From Octopus vulgaris (taxonomy: Eukaryota), in the NCBI GenBank assembly GCA_951406725.2, contig OX597821.1:94798001-94862000 (forward strand): DNA of 64,000 nucleotides, in the 5' to 3' direction. The position numbers were made by a program, and so were the translations under genes. Shown here one piece after another: positions 1 through 13,527 of the stretch (the stretch's first letter is position 1; every line of letters begins with the position of its first letter). The notes below the pieces were generated by a model. The model was not told the origin of the DNA and made no database searches. It saw nothing but the letters and a program-made list of their open reading frames with translations.

Positions 1-237
1 TTATAGTCTTTAACAGGATTTACTGCTTTGATGTTGATATTACTATCATCACGGAGCTTTCTACTAACATATCCATGCATAGTCTATTAACATATCCATG
101 CTAACATAGGCTCATCTTTTCATCTGATGATACGTTTCAGTAGAGTCGTGCGACTTCTTTGGCCATGTATTCTTGGTTATCAGACAAAGAGCATTGCTCA
201 AGGAGCAGCCTTCCAATTCTTATGATGTTATCAGCCT
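1..237 (-). mobile_element. Possible decayed non-LTR retrotransposon ORF fragment (region downstream of RT)
   Basis: Minus strand reads KADNIIRIGRLLLEQC...HGYVSRKLRDDSNINIK with stops. The HGY..RKL...I segment resembles the post-RT region of R4/NeSL-type LINEs. Weak, by-eye similarity only. Confidence 0.3.
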
Positions 238-766
238 TATGTATGTACGTACGTATGTATGTATGTATGTACGTACGCATGTATGTATGTATGTGTGTAT
301 GTATGTATGTATGTATGTATGTATGTACGTATTTATGTACGTACGTACGTATGTATGTATGTACGTACGCATGTATGTATGTATGTGTGTATGTATGTAT
401 GTATGCATGTACGTATTTATGTACGTACGTACGTATGTATGTATGTACGTACGCATGTATGTGTGTATGTGTGTATGTATGTATGTATGTATGTATGTAC
501 GTATTTATGTACGTGTGTATGTATGTATGTATGTATGTATGTATGTGTGTATGTATGTATGTATGTATGTATGTATGTGTGTATGTATGTATGTATGTAT
601 GTATGTATGTATGTATGTATGTACGTATTTATGTACGTGTGTATGTATGTATGTATGTATATAGGTATGTATGTATGTATGTACGTATGTATGTATGTAT
701 TTATGTATGTATGTATGTATGTATGTATGTATGTATGTATGTATGTATGTATGTATGTATGTATAT
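238..766. repeat. (TATG)n microsatellite with TACG/TGTG variants and a duplicated ~64-bp higher-order unit
   Basis: Direct reading; explains the MYVC/HTYI ORFs. Confidence 0.98.
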
Positions 767-1160
767 TTTTTGTGTCCTAGTCTGAAGGACGTTCGAACTT
801 GCATCTAATCTTATATTCTATTTTATTATACCCCTCTTATGTTGCTTTGATTTTGATTTTCTCTCCCAAATATATATTTTCGTTTCATTCGTAATTATCA
901 ATTCGAGTCGCCAAGATTAAACTACATATTTTTTGTGACTTTTGTATCTCGTCACCTGTGTATCAAAGTCTTAAAAGCTTATTCAATGGTAGTTCACAAA
1001 TCGAGGTTGAGTTAGTGTTTCTGTCCTTAGGCATCGAAACCTAGATAATCCTAAGACAGGCAGCTGAGGAAAAGTAGCATCTTGTTATTTTCTATTAGTT
1101 CTACTTATTACGACTTCTCAAAATTTGATCCTAATTTCGAGTATACATGCGCACAAGCGT

Positions 1161-1211
<51 letters not shown>

Positions 1212-2013
1212 TATTTACACATACATTGTACTGATGATATTACACTCTATTAACACTCAGAGTTTTACAACTAAGTCATGTTTCAATTACACCATTATTT
1301 GTTACACATTATTTGTTATTAAGCCTACAAGCGTAGGCGATCTTGGAAATAGAAAGACGTAACTCTAACAAAATTAGAAAAATGAAAAATAAATATAACT
1401 GTAAACAAGTAAAAAATAAAGCATTAAGAAATTACAAAAATATGATAAACATAAGCAAACAAGAATGATAAAACATGCTGTTATTAAATTCCAGCGCTTT
1501 ATATAATCCCTTATATCTCCACCTAACGGAATATCTGAGTCTATAAATCTGTGCTCGTGTCTACGTATGAGTGTTAACATATGTAGTTTTTGTGAGTGGT
1601 TACGTATAGGTTCCTCTGTTTGTGTTAGTGTGTGTGTGGGGAGCTGTAAATATGCTTTTCTGTGTGCGTGTGTGTTTGTGCATACGTTTATACGTAAATG
1701 TGCATAATGGATATTTATGTTGATATTGATATATATACGAAGAAAGCATGCACATACAGAACATGTACAAAAGAGCTGGCAGATTTATTTATACAAAGAG
1801 ATAGTACATTAACTGGTTGCATAAGGGAATATATATGATTATATAAGCTGATGGTATTTGCTTATATTTGCTTATGTTTGTGTACATATGTAGGCGTTTG
1901 TAAGCGTGAAATGTATCTGTATTTGGTTATATGCTTATGTACACATACACGCAATCAAGTATGTAAACGTACGTTTATTTTATGTGCATATGTGTATCTT
2001 TGTGTCCATATTT

Positions 2014-2069
<56 letters not shown>

Positions 2070-2280
2070 GCATATATAATTTTTTGCTAGTTTATTTTGT
2101 CGCTCTGTCTTCTATCCTAGTGTTTTATGAACATTTAATGTAGCTTTAGGGTCAGGTTTTGACTGCTACTTCAGCGTGGTGGTATCTCTCAGATACCCTA
2201 AATTATAATTTTATATATGTATATATATATATTACATATGATACATATACATATAATCTGATACATGTATGTATGCATGG

Positions 2281-2306
<26 letters not shown>

Positions 2307-2311
<5 letters not shown>

Positions 2312-2590
2312 TTTAAAATCCTTAAAAATGTTTTAGCCCGGAGGCCGCGGCCATGCTGGGGCACCACCGCTGAATGAGCTACACTAATATGTGAATCCAC
2401 CTCTGATACGTGGCACTTGATCAACAAGGGAGTTCGACGCTGCTGCCCGCATCTGCGTCTCCTGTCGTGAGGTAGGTTCATCTGGGACTCCCGACAAGAA
2501 GAGATCCAGTTTAGTTTTAAAGAAACCCACATCCTCAACATGTAAGTCTCTCAGGCATTTAGGGAGGATGTTAAAGAGCTGTGGTCCTCT
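2307..2590 (-). mobile_element. 3' end of CR1/L2-group LINE (ORF2 C-terminus and 3' tail)
   Basis: RGPQLFNILPKCLRDL..FKTKLDLFLSGVPDEP is the typical CR1-group ORF2 C-terminus. It is followed by GCGGTGGTGCCCCAGCATGGCCGCGG, a stem-loop and a short tandem tail. A homolog lies at 30112-30445. Confidence 0.8.
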
Positions 2591-4750
2591 GTATATATAT
2601 ACATATATATACACACACACACACGCGCGCGCGCAAAGAGCTGGGCGTAAGTCCGCTAATCTGTTAATCGCTAATTAACGAAGTTAGCATTTTCGTTAAG
2701 GATCTAACTTTTAAATTAACTTCGAAAATCATTATCGGACTTATTATCTTGCGTTACATCTAGCCAAAAATTTCATAAAAACTGGTAAATGTTTAAAAGT
2801 TTCTATTGTTTTCTGATTGTCTTCGCATATTGAATATTGTATGCATCATTCTTTCAACTCCGATATAACGCCACTCATTATTATAAATACCTTGTAGGAC
2901 CACGTTTGGTCCTGCCTGGATTTGAAACCAAATCTACCCGCTTGTTGCTTGCAAAGAGAGCGGGAAATGTCTTTCACCAGTCAAGGAAGAACAGTGATTG
3001 AAATGTTCCCGCTTGAACCGTGAACCTCGCTGAGGTGGATGTCAACAGAAAAAATATTGACATCCATAAAGCGAAAAAAAATAAATGGAAGGAAAAAATT
3101 GATAAATATTTCAGTGTGAACACGAATAGCTGCTACCTGGTAGCAGAGTATGCTAGAAAAAGCAGCTAAATCTTTCCTTTTCTGGAAAAAGGAGCCGTTT
3201 ACGCGTAATTTCAGTGTCACATTGAAACCTTGCAAAATAACCTAGAACAGAAAAGAAAACAAAACTCCCTTGGTGGGAGACTTGGAGGGCTCCACCACCT
3301 TTTCCACCTTTTCTTTTCCAGAGAAAGTGGCTTGCGGCGGCTTTCGAGGTTAGATACTTTGAATGCACCTGAAAAGAAAAACTGTGGAAAAAAATTATTC
3401 CACACCGAGATACGAAATATTTTCCGAAAGAATAAAATTTTGTACCGATTATACCTGTATTTTAATTAATTCAAATTGATGTACCTCAACTTGAAAAGTG
3501 GCAAAACTTTTGTTTCTGAAATAATTTTAGTAACAAATCAAACAGGTAAGATGCATTAAGAATTTCAATTTTAGTGTTTATCCATAATGTTATTGCTTTT
3601 ACACCTGTTAATTAAATTTGCCTGCCTATAAAAGTCAAATTTACCCAGCAAGATCAGCTAAAATTACATAACAATAAACCAGCGGTATATAAAGCATCCA
3701 CTGACAAAATTTCAAATCTGTATCCAAAACATTTACAAAGTTACAAGCAAATCTTGCGGACACCCCTCTTGAACCTGAATAATTCAAAATAACGTGAACA
3801 AATAAGCATTTCATTTGACAGACTGGACATTAAAGATGTTTTCATGTGTATTTTTTTCTTACGCACACACATAACACGGCCTCGCTTGGTTTGGACTACA
3901 CGAGTGTTACTTTGACACCATCATTCCATATAATTTGTTCATGGGAGAAAAATAACGACAAATATCAATAGATGTGTGAGTGAGAAAGAAACGAAGAGGG
4001 AAGTTTTGGGATGTGCTAGAAACAACAGCCAGATCTCCCCTAAATCACACATTTTACTCTGAAATTATTAGATTTTTTATAAACAGAAAATGTTTCTCTC
4101 AAAGGTTTTAAGTACGTTATAAAAAAAAACCGACCAAAATCGTCTGGACTGTGGTGGTGAAGGGGTGGCAGGAGTGAAAAAACATTCCAATATTTCTTCT
4201 TTTTTTCGTGAAAAGATGCTTCCCATCATTCTGAAGACTTTGGTAAAAAGCATTGGAAAAAAAAAACCCGTCAAAACGAAGAAATTCCAACTTACGTGGG
4301 GTGTCTGATCCGAAATTCCGTTCTCCCTGAAACTCCCCGCCCCTTCGAAAATTTTGCCAATAAATTTCTTTGTAATCGTAATCTACACCGTTTGAAAAGT
4401 ATTTCTATAAAATTTCATTAAAAAATACCTATTTTCCAGAAAGTTATGAGGAGAAAAATGTCAGGTCCTGCGAATTTTACGAAACTCCATTCACCAACAC
4501 ATCGGAAAATTATCTATGCAATCGACTTAGCCCCTCCCCTGAAATTCCTGGCTTTGTTCAAATATTTGAATCTGATATTACTTTCAATGTTATTTCATTC
4601 AAATTATATATATGTGTGTGTGCGCGTGTGTGTGTGTGTGTGAGTGTGTGTTTGTGTGTGTATATATATGCATATACGCCCTCATGTGTCGCGTGTGTGT
4701 ATGTGTATTTTCCACACACACACACACACACACATACTTACATATGTATG

Positions 4751-4821
<71 letters not shown>

Positions 4822-4824
<3 letters not shown>

Positions 4825-5524
4825 GGGAGTAAAGTATATGGACCTCATTGTTCTTGGTTTCTAACCAGAATTCCATGTCTAAAACTGGTAGCCTATAGTT
4901 GGGGTGCTTGTTAGGGTAGTCTATCATTACTTTGATACTTTGGAGTTAGCTATGTGCTGGATGCTCTCCATAGTGTTAGCTTCTAGATCATCAACATTGT
5001 CTTGTAGGTGTGCTTTGGCTATTGTGTTGATATCACCCACATAGCGGGAGTACATGGTTAGGGCTATGGAGTTCTCTGCAAATTTCTCTTTCAGTCTCCT
5101 ATCCCACCATACCATAAATAGGTTACCCACATCGCCAGTGATACTGAGACCAATGGCTGCATCTTCCTCTTGGGCGTATATCGTGTTATTAAACTTAAAT
5201 ATGTGGCCCCTGAGTGTGATCTTGGTACTTTTTAACCTGATCATCGTTTTCGGGGATCCGTATGGCTCTGGTCCACCCGTTCCATCTCTCTCCAGGGATC
5301 TCCCTGGCCATAGAAGTTATACTAGAGGGTCTACTTCTTCCCGATCTAGTGGGGCAGAAACAACTAAGGTCATGTTCATCTAAGTAACCATTTTTACATG
5401 TCAGTCTTAGAGGGAGGCCCAGTTCTGTGCCGACACCACGAAACTCCACATCGGTCTCCCTGATCACCTTTACACATTTCTCCACAGTAAAGTCAACATC
5501 AATGGATGGGTAAGAGGATACTAC
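4822..5524 (-). pseudogene. Penelope-like element reverse transcriptase fragment, inserted in (TA)n
   Basis: VVSSYPSID (motif A), FKFNNTIYAQEEDAAIGLSITG (motif B), YSRYVGD (YxRYVDD) and DYPNKHPNYRLPVLDMEFWL..HILYSHY. Contains frameshifts and is flanked by (TA)n on both sides. Confidence 0.85.
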
Positions 5525-5525
5525 T

Positions 5526-5563
<38 letters not shown>

Positions 5564-5565
<2 letters not shown>

Positions 5566-5846
5566 GAAGTAAGTAAATAAATGTGAAACACGGTGGAAAA
5601 AAGTCTACTCAAATACCAGAGGTAGAGTAATATGCTTTATTTAAAAGCACCGGAAATATAACAAAAGCTGTTACTCAGAGTTTCACGTTCCCGTTCGTCG
5701 GACAGTTTTGTTAAAATAGAACAGAAGTATCAATATATAACAGTATTATTGTTATTTCTGTTCTATTTTAACAAAGCTGTTCGAAGAGCGGGAACGTGAA
5801 ACTCTGAGTAACAGCTTTTGTTATATTTGTGCTACTTTTAAATAAA

Positions 5847-5852
<6 letters not shown>
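5564..5852. mobile_element. Fold-back non-coding element (PLE terminal-repeat-like) with an HHR motif in both arms
   Basis: Imperfect palindrome 5630-5852 between (TA)n tracts. The same family recurs at 6757-6817, 37695-37858 and 37998-38160. Confidence 0.7.
5668..5705 (-). ncRNA. Minimal type I hammerhead ribozyme, CCGACGA core variant
   Basis: CUGU-CCGACGA-ACG(GGAA)CGU-GAAAC-UC(U)GA-GUA^ACAG: stems I, II and III all pair. A mirrored copy lies on + at 5777-5814 with core UCGAAGA. Confidence 0.7.
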
Positions 5853-5893
<41 letters not shown>

Positions 5894-6310
5894 CAGATAC
5901 ACACGTGTATATGTATATATACATATATATGCGCATTTATGTACGCAACTTTATATAATAGAACAACACATAAATGTTTACGTACGTACATACACACACA
6001 CGTGTGTTTGTATGTATGTATGTATGTATGTATATGAAATGTGAATGTCTAACGCTTAGTATTTTACAATCTTTTTCTTCTGTGACACTTATGGAACAAT
6101 ATCAAATATAGCGAAATCCCACATAAATAAATGTAAATATAGCTTCAAGTACCACGTGACAGATGTAAAACACAAGCCAACAATCATTAAAATGGGACTG
6201 ACAGTTGTTATTGATATATATTCATGTCGTTGCTAGGGACTATTGAAATACCTACACACTCTGCCCCCTACTCACCTCCACACGCATATGTGTGTCGCTC
6301 CATATTTATA

Positions 6311-6387
<77 letters not shown>

Positions 6388-6407
6388 TATATATGTATAT
6401 ATATATA

Positions 6408-6717
6408 TCAGAAATATTAAATTTCTAAATATCTCATAGAGATATGTACGGTGGTGGGGCGATATAGTGGTTGTATACTGTCAACTTAACGTGACAGTAA
6501 GGGAGTGGATTACACCACCGCTCTTTAGCCCTAGGAAGCATCGACGCTTCCTGTCGGCCTTGACACATTTCCTGTGTCCTTATATATTTACGAAGGGGAG
6601 ACAAATACCTCCAACAGCTAGGCCTGCATCTAGAGACACGCATGTTTCAGGGTCTTTGCCCATCATCGCTCTAGAGTAGCAGAGGCCTGCTAGCTGAAGA
6701 TATCTGTCTAGACTTCG

Positions 6718-6720
<3 letters not shown>
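6408..6720 (-). mobile_element. HHR-bearing short non-coding element (retrozyme/PLE-derived), copy 1
   Basis: Collinear with 49224-49545; sits in (TA)n; HHR fold at 6629-6675. Confidence 0.75.
6629..6675 (-). ncRNA. Type I hammerhead ribozyme (degenerate core GCGAUGA)
   Basis: UCUAGA-GCGAUGA-UGGG(CAAAGA)CCCU-GAAAC(AUGCGU)GUC^UCUAGA. Confidence 0.6.
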
Positions 6721-6756
<36 letters not shown>

Positions 6757-6848
6757 TTTATTTAAAGCAGCAGAAAATTCTACAAAACCTTTTACTCTGA
6801 GTTTCGCGTTGCTGTTCATATATATATATGCATGATTGTGTGTATTGC

Positions 6849-7132
<284 letters not shown>

Positions 7133-7187
7133 ATATATATAGACATATATATATGTGTGTGTGTTTGTAAGAGAGAGAGAGAGAGAG

Positions 7188-7315
7188 ATGTACAGTTTAG
7201 GAGAATCAGTAAGTTGTCATAATAGTACTCAGAATTTCAAATGCCGGAGCTAAGAGCTACGATGCATTCTCTGAGTACAATGAGGACAAGCAACTGATTG
7301 TCCTAAACTATACAT
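7188..7315. repeat. Imperfect palindrome with a degenerate HHR-like motif in the right arm
   Basis: ATGTACAGTTTAGGAGAATCAGT...ACTGATTGTCCTAAACTATACAT. The right arm reads ACAATGA-GGACAA(..)TTGTCC-TAAAC. Confidence 0.5.
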
Positions 7316-7385
7316 ATATATCTTCTATTTACCTAATATCGACGTCTCGTTCTTTTGTTATCACTTTTTATTATTATTATTATTT

Positions 7386-7462
<77 letters not shown>

Positions 7463-8260
7463 GGTTAGCACGCCGGGCGAAATGCGTAGCCGTATATCGT
7501 CTGCCGTTACGTTCTGAGTTCAAATTCCGTGCTAACGGTTCTGCCAGCTCGCCACCTTACTAAGAGAGAAATATTAGCTAAACACTGTACGCAAAACCTT
7601 ACCGTTCCTTGCGATAAGCTGACTGTCTCTGTAAGTTGAGTAAGAAAATGTCACGAGATATATTAGAACGTACCGATTTATTAGTTTCCCACTGTTGTTC
7701 ATCGGCAACAGATATACACAAACGCACACAGACACACACGCATCCACACACTAACACATACACAAACATACACACTCACACATATACACGCATACGCACC
7801 CACAAACAAGCACACAGTTATACACATACATGTAATACTGAGTATTACATATAGTTAATGCTACTTTACGGAGATGTACCTGCATAGCAAATGATTTGAT
7901 CTGAGATCGTGCGCTGAAACGAAAACAATTGCAGCATGAAAGATGTTTATAAACCATTTAGAAACACACAACAACCGTTAGATTCACTTCAACTTTTAAA
8001 TTTAATTTGTCGAAATATTTTCGTCGCTTTGAGACCGCGACCTGATCGCTGACAAAATTCCATGCTGCATCTCCGTACTTTTAAGAAAAAGAGAATTCGG
8101 TGCAGATTACATGGAGAATGGGAATTTCATCGAAACAATTAGTCTGTTTAATGCTTAACAAGGGCGATTGGTTTCATCCTGGTTGGTATTCTTCAAACAT
8201 TACAAGTGTGTGTGTGTGGATGTGACCATGTGTAGAGACACATGTGTACACCTGTACATA

Positions 8261-8446
8261 CTCTTTTACTTGTTTCAGTCATTTGACTGTGGCCATGCTG
8301 GAGCACCGCCTATAGTCGAGCAAATAGACCTCAAGACTTATTCTTTGTAAGCCTCGTATTTATTCTATCGGTCTCTTATGCCGAACCGCTTGGTTACGGG
8401 GACGTAAACACACCAGCATCGGTTGTCAAGCGATGTTGGGGGGACA

Positions 8447-8520
<74 letters not shown>

Positions 8521-8700
8521 CATATATATATACATATATATACGACAGGCTTCTTTCAGTTTCCGTCTACGAAATCCACTCACAAGGCTTTGGTCGGCCC
8601 GAGGCTATAGCTGAAGACACTTGCCCAAGTTGCCACGCAGTGGGACTGAACCCGGAACCATGTGGTTCGCAAGCAAGCTACTTACCACACAGTCTCTCCT
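8261..8700 (-). mobile_element. tRNA-derived SINE family A (CORE-like, internal microsatellite)
   Basis: B-box GGTTCAGTCCC, CORE-like GCGTGGCAACTTGGGCAAGTGTCTT, internal (TA)/(TG) tract, 3' tail GGCGGTGCTCCAGCATGGCCACAGTC. Confidence 0.9.
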
Positions 8701-9104
8701 ACGATAAACTTTCTCTCAGCTTCTACTTGTTACTTGACATAAGTCACTGTTTGATAAAAGTCTGTTATAGATGACACTTATGGAAGGGTCAGCACATGAG
8801 TATCGAACCCAGAAGCAAGTAGTTTAGAAGCTACTCTCTTAAGCATCGAGACATACTTGTTCATAGATACTACGTTAAAATTCACTGCATGTATTTTGCT
8901 CTCTTGAGGCAGTACACCTTATTCGACATTACCTCATTTCACTGTTTATAATATCATTTGTAGCAGATCAACTGGGATTTTTACTTTAGTATGATTTGTT
9001 AACCTTCCAGGTGAATATTTATCTCGCATCTGTTTAACGTCAAGAGTTAGATATCATGATATACGTTAAGAAAACGCATACAAACATATAGCTATAAGTA
9101 TAGA

Positions 9105-9141
<37 letters not shown>

Positions 9142-9149
9142 AATCATTT

Positions 9150-9408
9150 ACATCTTTCAGTCACTAGACTGCAGTCATACGGGGGTCACCGCCTCGAAGA
9201 ATTTTTAGTTGAATGGATCGATCCCAGTATTTATGTTTTAAAAGCCGGGCACTTATTCTATCAGTTTCTTTTTGTCGAACTGCTAAGTTACGGGGATGTA
9301 AACACACGAGCACCCACTGTCAAACGATGGTGGGAGGGCAAATACAAATACTCACGCACTCAAGCACACACATATGTATAAATACACACACACACAAACA
9401 CATATATG

Positions 9409-9476
<68 letters not shown>

Positions 9477-9634
9477 CATATATACGACGTATATTCATAT
9501 ATTTCGTCTACTAAATACACTCACAAAACTTTGGTCGGCCCGAGGCTATAAACACCAAAGGTGCCACGCAGTGAGACTGAAACCGGAACTACGTGGTTGG
9601 GAAGCAATCTTTTTATCCCGTCGACACACTTCTG

Positions 9635-9637
<3 letters not shown>
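9150..9637 (-). mobile_element. SINE family A, diverged copy
   Basis: Collinear with 8261-8700. Confidence 0.85.
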
Positions 9638-9899
<262 letters not shown>

Positions 9900-9996
9900 C
9901 GGGTGCATGTTTTTCGCTGATTTGTATTCAAAAAATTTTAGGCATTTCATGACTCTCCTTTCTATATACCTCTTCTTCTCTTCCCCCCACCACACG

Positions 9997-10107
9997 TCTT
10001 CTCACTGTCTCACTCCTACTCTACACCAAATACGAACTTGAATGTGACGTATCCTGGGGGCAAGTCCTGTTTTTAAGTATCTTCCTCCTACTATCAATCC
10101 TGCCCAC
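9997..10107. repeat. ~110-bp repeat also present at 13981-14089, each copy followed by degenerate (CAT/CAC)n
   Basis: CTTCTCACTGTCTCACTCCTACTCTACACCAAA...GGCAAGTCCTGTTTTTAAGTA...CCTGCCCAC occurs in both. Confidence 0.85.
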
Positions 10108-10349
10108 CTGTTGTCTCTTTAAATTCATCATCGTTGACTCACTGTATGCAGCATCGCCGGTGCAATCATTGCCATCACCGTCACCATCCTCTAATTTTTA
10201 TCACTATTATCCATCACCATCACGACTCTCATCAATGCTCCTTCATCATCATCATTATCACTATTATCCATTACCATCTTGACTCCAACCAGTGCTTCAT
10301 CATCATCCTCGTCGTCGTCATCATCATCACTGAAACCATCACCAACATC

Positions 10350-10401
<52 letters not shown>

Positions 10402-10527
10402 TAGATAAACTTAGATATGTTTCGACCAAAGATTGGTCCAGGCCATGTCTAACTTAATAGCACCACCTTATAGGATTATTTGAATCCTGTTTAAGTCAAG
10501 TTTTGTTTATGGTCCATTCAAGTAGTG

Positions 10528-10579
<52 letters not shown>

Positions 10580-10699
10580 CATACATGTGTGTAGGCATCC
10601 ATACACACATAGACACTCGCATACTCAAACATCCACGTTCCCTCTTTTAATATAATATTTAGAGAACAATTCCAATTTACAACAAGGTTTTAGAAATAT

Positions 10700-10823
10700 A
10701 GACAGGCAAACTGACAGACACGCAAACAGACAGACAGACAAACAAGCAAATAGGTAGGTAGATTGATAGATAGACAGATAGATAGATAGATAGACAGATA
10801 GACAGATAGAGAGAAAGAGAGAG

Positions 10824-10874
<51 letters not shown>

Positions 10875-10875
10875 G
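10700..10875. repeat. (GACA)/(GATA)n microsatellite
   Basis: Direct reading. Confidence 0.97.
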
Positions 10876-10924
10876 AAAATACATACATAGATACTTGTAT
10901 ACATACATATAGATATGTATTCAG

Positions 10925-10977
<53 letters not shown>

Positions 10978-11166
10978 TATACAGATATACATAACATTAA
11001 AATTTGTAAACACTCGCATTGGCCATACATTTACGCAAAAATACATTCATACATATGTATGTATATGTGAGTGTATGTGTGTTTATGTTTATATATTTAT
11101 GTATGTATATATATATATGTATATAAAAAAATATATATATATAGGCATATATATATGTATATATAA

Positions 11167-11227
<61 letters not shown>

Positions 11228-11769
11228 AATGTGTATGTGTTTGTGTATATATGTAAATATTTCTGTAAATCGTACAATACAACGTACTAACCTATCTATC
11301 TGTATTTCTCTTTCATGTCTCTAATATTCCATTAATATTTATCATTTAGCGTCACGGCGCTATTTTCATATCACACAATCGTTCATACTCTTCCGCTTGT
11401 TGCAACGAATTCATTAACCATGGCCGTCAAGTAGGCACTTCCGGTCATATACTGAAGATACAACTGAATGATTTCCAGTCAACATTTGTGCTAATCTGAG
11501 CAGGTGCTTGCAATAATGAAAGAAACGGCGTTCACAATGTCTCCGGATACATGCTTTAGTCACAATCAAAAGAGTAAATGATTATGCTGCCAAGCCGTTT
11601 ATATTTTCGTGTTTTCATACTCTGTTTTTATATTTCTGTGGAGTTATTTATTCAGCTTGAATAATGAGAGGGGAAAATGCAATGAAGCATTATCCTCGAG
11701 TATGAGAGGCCAGCATCTTGGCAAACCAGATTTTTACATCATCTATCAATGGCATGTTTACGCTCAGGC

Positions 11770-12090
11770 AAGGTGCGTGGCTCCGTAGTTAGGATATTCG
11801 GTTCTCAATCACAAGGTCGTGAGTTCGATACCCGGTATTGCGTTGTGTCCTTGAGCATGACCTTTTAATTCACGTTGCTTCAGTCCACTCGGCTGAGAAA
11901 AATAGCTGTACCTGTATTTTAAAAGGCCAGCATTGTCACATTCTGTGTCATGCTGAATCTCCCTGAGAACTACGTTAAGGATACGCGCGTCTGTGGACCG
12001 TTCAACCACTTGCACGTTATTTCCCTAAGTAGGCTGTTCCTTTGATTGGATCAACTGGAACACTCGACGTCGTAACCGACGGAGTGCCAG
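11770..12090 (+). mobile_element. SINE family B-related, older subfamily with a GTTGTGTCCTTGAGCA core
   Basis: tRNA head with B-box GAGTTCGATACC. The 3' half (..GAACTACGTTAAGG..CGTCGTAACCGACGGAGTGC) is shared with family B. Confidence 0.8.
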
Positions 12091-12568
12091 TGTTTAGGTG
12101 CAGGCATAACTGTATGGCTAAGAAACTTGCTTTGCAACCACATGGTTTCAGTTTCAGTCCCATTGCGCAGCACCTTGAGCAAACTGGTTTCTCCTATGTA
12201 CATACATGTGTGTATAAGGTGAAGTCAGCCAAGTCTAATTCATGACAATAGGATATATATATACTCTCCTACAGTTGGCACTAAATTCAGTCTTACCTAC
12301 AGTATTCCTACCTGTCAGAGGAGAGCGTATTCGAAACTTTTAAAGCATTTTTACATGTAACATAATTGAAATATTTAGTGTTTCCTGATTTAAAATTATA
12401 AAAAATTGTTATATGGTTCAGAAATTTGCTTCGTAACCACTTGGTATCTGTTTCAACCCTTACTCGGTCCCTTGGGTGCATTCTCTATAGCACTGTGCCT
12501 TTCATATAGCCCTAAATGAATTTGGGACATTATTCTGTGGAAACTCCGGAAGCATGTACTATATATGA

Positions 12569-12958
12569 ATGGAAGCACTCCGGATGGAAGCACTCCGTCG
12601 GTTGCGACGATGAGGGTTCCGGTTGATCCAAATCAACGGAACAGCCTGCTCGTAAAATTAACGTGTAAGTGGCTGAGCACTCCACAGACACGTGTACCCT
12701 TAACGTAGTTCTCGGGGATATTCAGCGTGACACAGAGAGTGACAAGGCCGGCCCTTTGAAATACAGGTACAACAGAAACAGGAAATAAGAGTGAGAGAAA
12801 GTTGTGGTGAAAGAGTACAGCAGGGATCACCACCATCCCCTGCCGGAGATTCGTGGAGCTTTTAGGTGTTTTCGCTCAATAAACACTCACAACGCCCGGT
12901 CTGGGAATCGAAACCGCGATCCTATGACCGCGAGTCCGCTGCCCTAACCACTGGGCCA
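12569..12958 (-). mobile_element. tRNA-derived SINE family B
   Basis: A-box TGGCCCAGTGG, B-box GTTTCGATTCC; nearly identical to 39954-40340; small tandem duplication of the tail. Confidence 0.92.
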
Positions 12959-13527
12959 TACGTAAATACGTAAATGTGTATGCCTAATGTATATATAAAT
13001 GCATTCACACACACACAAACACACAAACGCACACACATATGTATCTAAAGCTAAGGTGAGGAACATATGTTCTATACGTTAAGAGGGATTTCCTTTTCAA
13101 AACAATTACTGTACACTTGTTTGTCCAATAGAGTATTAATCATTTGCATTCCTCGCTTATTGTCCTCCCATTCTACCACCCAAAGTCTCTTCCATTGATT
13201 AACCCGTTTCTCTAAAGACTAAACAAACTAACTTTCTAAACATATTTAACTTATTTGTCATAATCGATGTTGGCACGAGTCAGAAATGTCACCGACCAGC
13301 AAAAACAGTGGGGATCATGAAGTGCATACAATTGACTTGCAGGTAAGGAAACGGAAGGTTGTAACGTCCCGAAGAGTTTATATAAGTGGCTTCAATTGGA
13401 ACCGTGTAGTAATTTTAGTTTCCCGCAAAGTACAATTATCACATCGCCATAAAGTAAACCCACGAAAGGGTATAAATGTGTGAGTGATAATCGAAATCGG
13501 TTTTCCAACTCCGACACGTGATTGGTA

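Noticed and set aside
124-160. CTGATGA followed by two small hairpins near the window start
   Set aside because: No GAAA and no stem I pairing; probably chance.
159-804. Long ORFs of MYVC/HTYI type (also YIYI, LSIY and poly-N/I/E/K ORFs throughout)
   Set aside because: Translations of microsatellites; no coding signal.
1016-1070. Hairpin followed by GAAAC on the minus strand
   Set aside because: No CUGANGA-like core and no stem I.
2637-4560. Possible hAT-like end (AGAGCTGGGCG..) and MITE-like AT-rich segments with short ORFs
   Set aside because: No matching second terminus, TSD or transposase motif was found by eye.
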